DNA of 55,246 nucleotides, filler included, from Bipalium vagum (Eukaryota): NCBI GenBank assembly GCA_037834085.1. It is 3 parts of 3 records of this genome, joined end to end, with 100 filler letters (N's around TTAATTAATTAA, not from the genome) between each part and the next. Parts side by side here need not be neighbours in the genome. Positions count along the whole stretch, not along the records: positions 38,332 to 55,246 come from JBBMKC010086715.1; 2 more parts are not named here. One strand, 5' to 3'. Shown piece by piece: positions 51,718 to 55,246 of this stretch (position 1 is its first letter; each line of letters starts with the position of its first letter). The notes under the pieces were generated by a model. It saw only the letters and a program-made list of their open reading frames with translations, ran no database searches and was not told where the DNA came from. The position numbers and the translations under genes were made by a program.

Positions 51718-52008
51718 TTAAAACTCTTTGTTCTTTGGTTTCTTTCCTTGAATACATTGAGGTATAGAATTTCCACTGAACCGAAAAACTTTACATTGAT
51801 TTTCACACGTTTCACTAATAATTTGACACTTCATCGGACAGTGGAAATCCATATTCTGAGAACACTGATTTTTGCAATCAGAAGCATTGTCTTCACATTG
51901 AATTAAGCATTTTGAATATTCTGTTGTTTGTTTTCCAATAGAAAAGGGAATAAATACAGCTTCAAGAAAGAAACAAAGAAAATGAAAACGGAAACGATTA
52001 AAATTCAT
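51718..52008 (-). CDS. Small secreted cysteine-rich protein (four CxxxC units); C-terminus may be spliced
   Basis: Hydrophobic N-terminus (FHFLCFFLEAVFIPFSIG), then CLIQC-x6-CKNQC-x7-CPMKC-x6-CENQC and a further Cys. Confidence 0.65.
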   Translation of the reverse strand: MNFNRFRFHFLCFFLEAVFIPFSIGKQTTEYSKCLIQCEDNASDCKNQCSQNMDFHCPMKCQIISETCENQCKVFRFSGNSIPQCIQGKKPKNKEF

Positions 52009-52288
52009 TATGCCTAAAAATATAAAATAAACAAATATATAAATTATCTTTTTAATAATTTTATTAACACCAATTTTGCAATTATATATTTTTAAAATAA
52101 ATATGTATAAAAATATAAATAAATAATAAAATCTATATTATTTTTAAAAAATTTGGATTAAATTATTTTATTATTAAATTTGAATTATTTTATTTTTAAA
52201 TTTATCAGTAAATCATTGCAAAAAATATACAATACATTAAATATTTTTTATAAGACCAATAATAATATTATTAATATTAATAATGACA

Positions 52289-52341
<53 letters not shown>
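52289..52341. repeat. (AAT)n microsatellite
   Basis: Read directly from the sequence. Confidence 0.95.
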
Positions 52342-52343
<2 letters not shown>

Positions 52344-52899
52344 GGCTTAGAATATCATACTTCTGTTATTGAATTTAAGTCATAAATGATTTCGTAAGTG
52401 GCTTATTTGTTTATATAGTTTTACTGTCTGCAATTTGTCTTTGTAAATATCATTTAACTCAAGATATTATTGCCTATTAATTAAAATAATATTATGTCCA
52501 CGAAACAATAATAATTTTTTATTCTCTTTCCAACTGAGAAATATAATTTCCTCTGACATATTTCGCTAAGTTAATTAGACATTTCAAACTATAATAATTT
52601 AATAGTGACATTATTTCTGACATATTTCTCTAATAAATTTCAACAAATACCATTTATTTTAATTCATTTTTGAGGAAAACGGAAATAGTTTTTTAAGACA
52701 TCGAATAAAGGCCATATTTATTAGCTAGATTATTATTTTCATAAAAAAATTAAAACATCAAAGATTTACTTATGAAATGTCCAGTGCATTGAGAATGGAT
52801 AAAATAATCTAATCTTGGAATTGAATATTGTAATCTGATGATTATAAATTAAAGGCCACCTTTAATCATTGGTTTTTAGATTGAGAATGTCACAAAAAT

Positions 52900-53250
52900 T
52901 AAATAATAATCGATGCATTCACATTAATTTTTTATACCAGTTCCCGATTCCCCAAATAGTTAATCTCATCAACAGAGACTCTTCTCGTCGGCTCCTATGA
53001 TACTTTGCAGACAGGAATGTCACCTTCTAGATGTCAACGCGAAATCCTGATTGCATTGTCTAAAGACATTTCATAGTCAGTAGAAATTTTAAACCACGAA
53101 AGACAAGCTGAGTAATCAATATCACGATTCATCTACCTCAAGGAAAGACCTGATTGATAATGTTTACGATTGTTAAGTTTGCTAAAAGGTGGATTTAAAG
53201 ATGAATAACTTTGTGACCTGTGATCAAGCAACTTGTCATAAATTGTTTAT
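52900..53250 (-). mobile_element. Possible non-LTR reverse transcriptase relic
   Basis: Minus strand reads SGFRVDI*KVTF and SVDEINYLGN, like RT GLxxNxxK and xYLG motifs. Confidence 0.35.
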
Positions 53251-53370
53251 AAATCAAAAGGTTTTAGATTTTAGAACGGAGTAAGACTTTGAGTGACAAT
53301 TAAAATAAATACCAATAACAAAATGATATATCAAACGTAACAACGATAAACTGAGATAACACATTATTAT

Positions 53371-53528
53371 TTACTAAAATATATTTTTATATAAATCTAA
53401 TTTTTACATTTATATTGTTTTATTTTATTTTATTTTTAATAATAGTAACTTTATGTTACTATTTTGTAAATTATTAAATAAAATATTATATATAAAAAAT
53501 AGATTTATATAAAAATATATTTTAGTAA
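53371..53528. repeat. AT-rich foldback (imperfect palindrome, about 158 bp)
   Basis: Perfect 29-bp outer inverted repeat (53371-53399 / 53500-53528) and a central hairpin AATAGTAAC-TTTAT-GTTACTATT. Confidence 0.8.
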
Positions 53529-53940
53529 CACCTAATCTTATGACAAGTTGATTTTGCGATTGACAGGCACCTTCATCCAATACATTTTATAAATCGTGGT
53601 TTTCAAATTTGGAAGGACGGCCTGGGCGTTTTTCATCCTTTACACTGAAGCGGTGAAACCAACTCTCGCATGAGTCCAGAGATACGTGTTTTCCCTAAAC
53701 ATCGCATAATATCCTGCCGCTTTTTGAGGCAGTTTTATTCATCATGGCGTTACTTTGCGTAAATTTTGACATATTTAGATCTAAAAATTTTGAAATTATT
53801 AACATATTATTAAAATTTAAATGATTACCCTATTAATTGATATTATTCAAACACATTGACTTATATTTCAATTCATAATTATATTTCGATATCTCACTAA
53901 ATCTATTTTAAATAAATCCGCATTACTTATTGGTGCCCCT
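53522..53940 (-). mobile_element. Mariner (Mos1/mauritiana-like) 5' fragment
   Basis: Minus strand reads MSKF.., SCESWFHRF, KDEKRPGRPSKFEN and VLDEGACQSQNQLVIRLGVT. TIR-like GGGGCACCAATAAGTAATGCGG near 53918-53939. Confidence 0.75.
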
Positions 53941-55246
53941 TTTAAATGTCTATTTTATAAATTCATTGTTAACTAAAATATCATAATTCTTATTTTCAAA
54001 ATGTTTCTTTTTTATAATTTTCTTTATTTCACTAAAATTATTTTTATGAAATATAAAGAAATTGATAATTGAAATATTTAAGGATATTGCTCCGCAAATT
54101 TATATAAATCTAATGTAAAATGAAAATCAGATCTACATATTGTATAATTTTGAGATTTTAAATAAAATAAATATGTAAATCACTAAATTTTGCAAAAAAT
54201 TTAATTTTATTTCTAATTAATTTGTTTTTTTAATCAAATAATAATTTCTTAATTTCCAAAATTGAATTCTTCATAATTAAAAGAAATTTGTTTAGAATTA
54301 GATTCTGCTAGATTTATTTTTAAAAATGATTCTAAATTGTTTCGTTTAAAATCTTCTGTTGTTTTCCTGTTTTCTTTAGCCTCAGACTTCATTTTTTGTT
54401 AAGATTTTTCCTCATATTTCTATTTTTATAAATAACTCAAAGTTTCCACACATTTGAATTAATTCCATATTTTGAGAATCTTGACACTTATAACTAATTA
54501 TATTTTTTGAAATTCCAGAATTATTGATTCCATTTTATATTCTCTAATATATATTTATATGTGTTTATAAGTTAATTCTTCCACCACAAAGGGATGAAAT
54601 GCATCAAATACAAAAATGATAAAACAATTACTTTTTAAAAATGGATGCAAATCAAAATGCAATTGATCTTGATAGTTGAATAAAATAATTAAAATATTAA
54701 TTGGTGAAAAAGAGAATTTGAAATTAATCAATTAAATCAATGAAAAGGAGAAAGAGGACTACAACAAGATTTAAACCTATTACTGAAGAAACAGAAAATA
54801 TAAAAACCGAAAATGATAAAAAAGAAGAAAATTTAACTAAAAATTTAAAAGATGAAAAACCTTCAATAGATTTTATTATATAACCAATTTTACCACTTTT
54901 ATATTTGTCTTTATATGAACCTTTAACATCAACCATAATCCCAGAAATTGTAGGTAACACATTACATATGTGGAGACTTCAGAAATCCTCGAAATGACAA
55001 TTTGAAAATTATATTTTGTGACAATTATAATACATTTGACAATATTTATATTAATATAAAATGTGGTTTATTGAATTGGTTTAATGTCTTTAAATTTTTG
55101 TGTAAAGGAATTGTTCCCCAAAAGTTTCGATTATATATATAAAGTGCCGTCCATATGTTTGGAGCCATCCTGTAAAAATACAAATAATTGTAGATTACGA
55201 ATTATAATAAAAGTTTTATGATTTGAACTAATTTAATTTATATACA

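Noticed and set aside
54724-54990. K/E-rich plus-strand frame and its hydrophobic antisense ORF
   Set aside because: Low complexity, interrupted by a stop, with no clear splice structure or homology cue.

Overview
AT-rich eukaryotic (metazoan-type) nuclear DNA, not prokaryotic: GT-AG introns as short as 41-55 nt, (AAT)n/(TAC)n microsatellites and dense DNA-transposon debris. A flatworm-like invertebrate is a guess only. Two artificial 100-nt spacers (N44-TTAATTAATTAA-N44) divide the window into three joined contigs. Genes I can reconstruct: (1) an intronless 1230-aa strawberry notch (SBNO)-family SF2-like protein (16994-20686, -); (2) a 4-exon MGQTLS-type PP2C phosphatase (27019-37348, -; 321 aa); (3) a 5-coding-exon F-actin capping protein beta subunit (39458-42486, -; 271 aa); (4) a multi-exon N/Q/S-rich gene (3543 to at least 14022, +) with motifs resembling TSC22/Bunched long isoforms; (5) 3' exons of an apparently disrupted membrane-protein gene (about 45545-46371, +); (6) a small secreted CxxxC-repeat protein (51718-52008, -). 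The rest is mostly decayed mariner, Tc1/Tc3, DD41D-like, DD37E-like, pogo, Merlin, piggyBac-like, hAT-like and non-LTR relics, including a nested transposon stack at 21720-25128. I found no tRNA, rRNA or CRISPR array and no clearly demonstrable new multi-gene system. The best leads are the intronless SBNO copy, unannotated micro-exons in the PP2C and capping-protein genes, the TSC22-like gene and the orphan Cys-rich protein. All family assignments come from motif recognition by eye; no searches were run.
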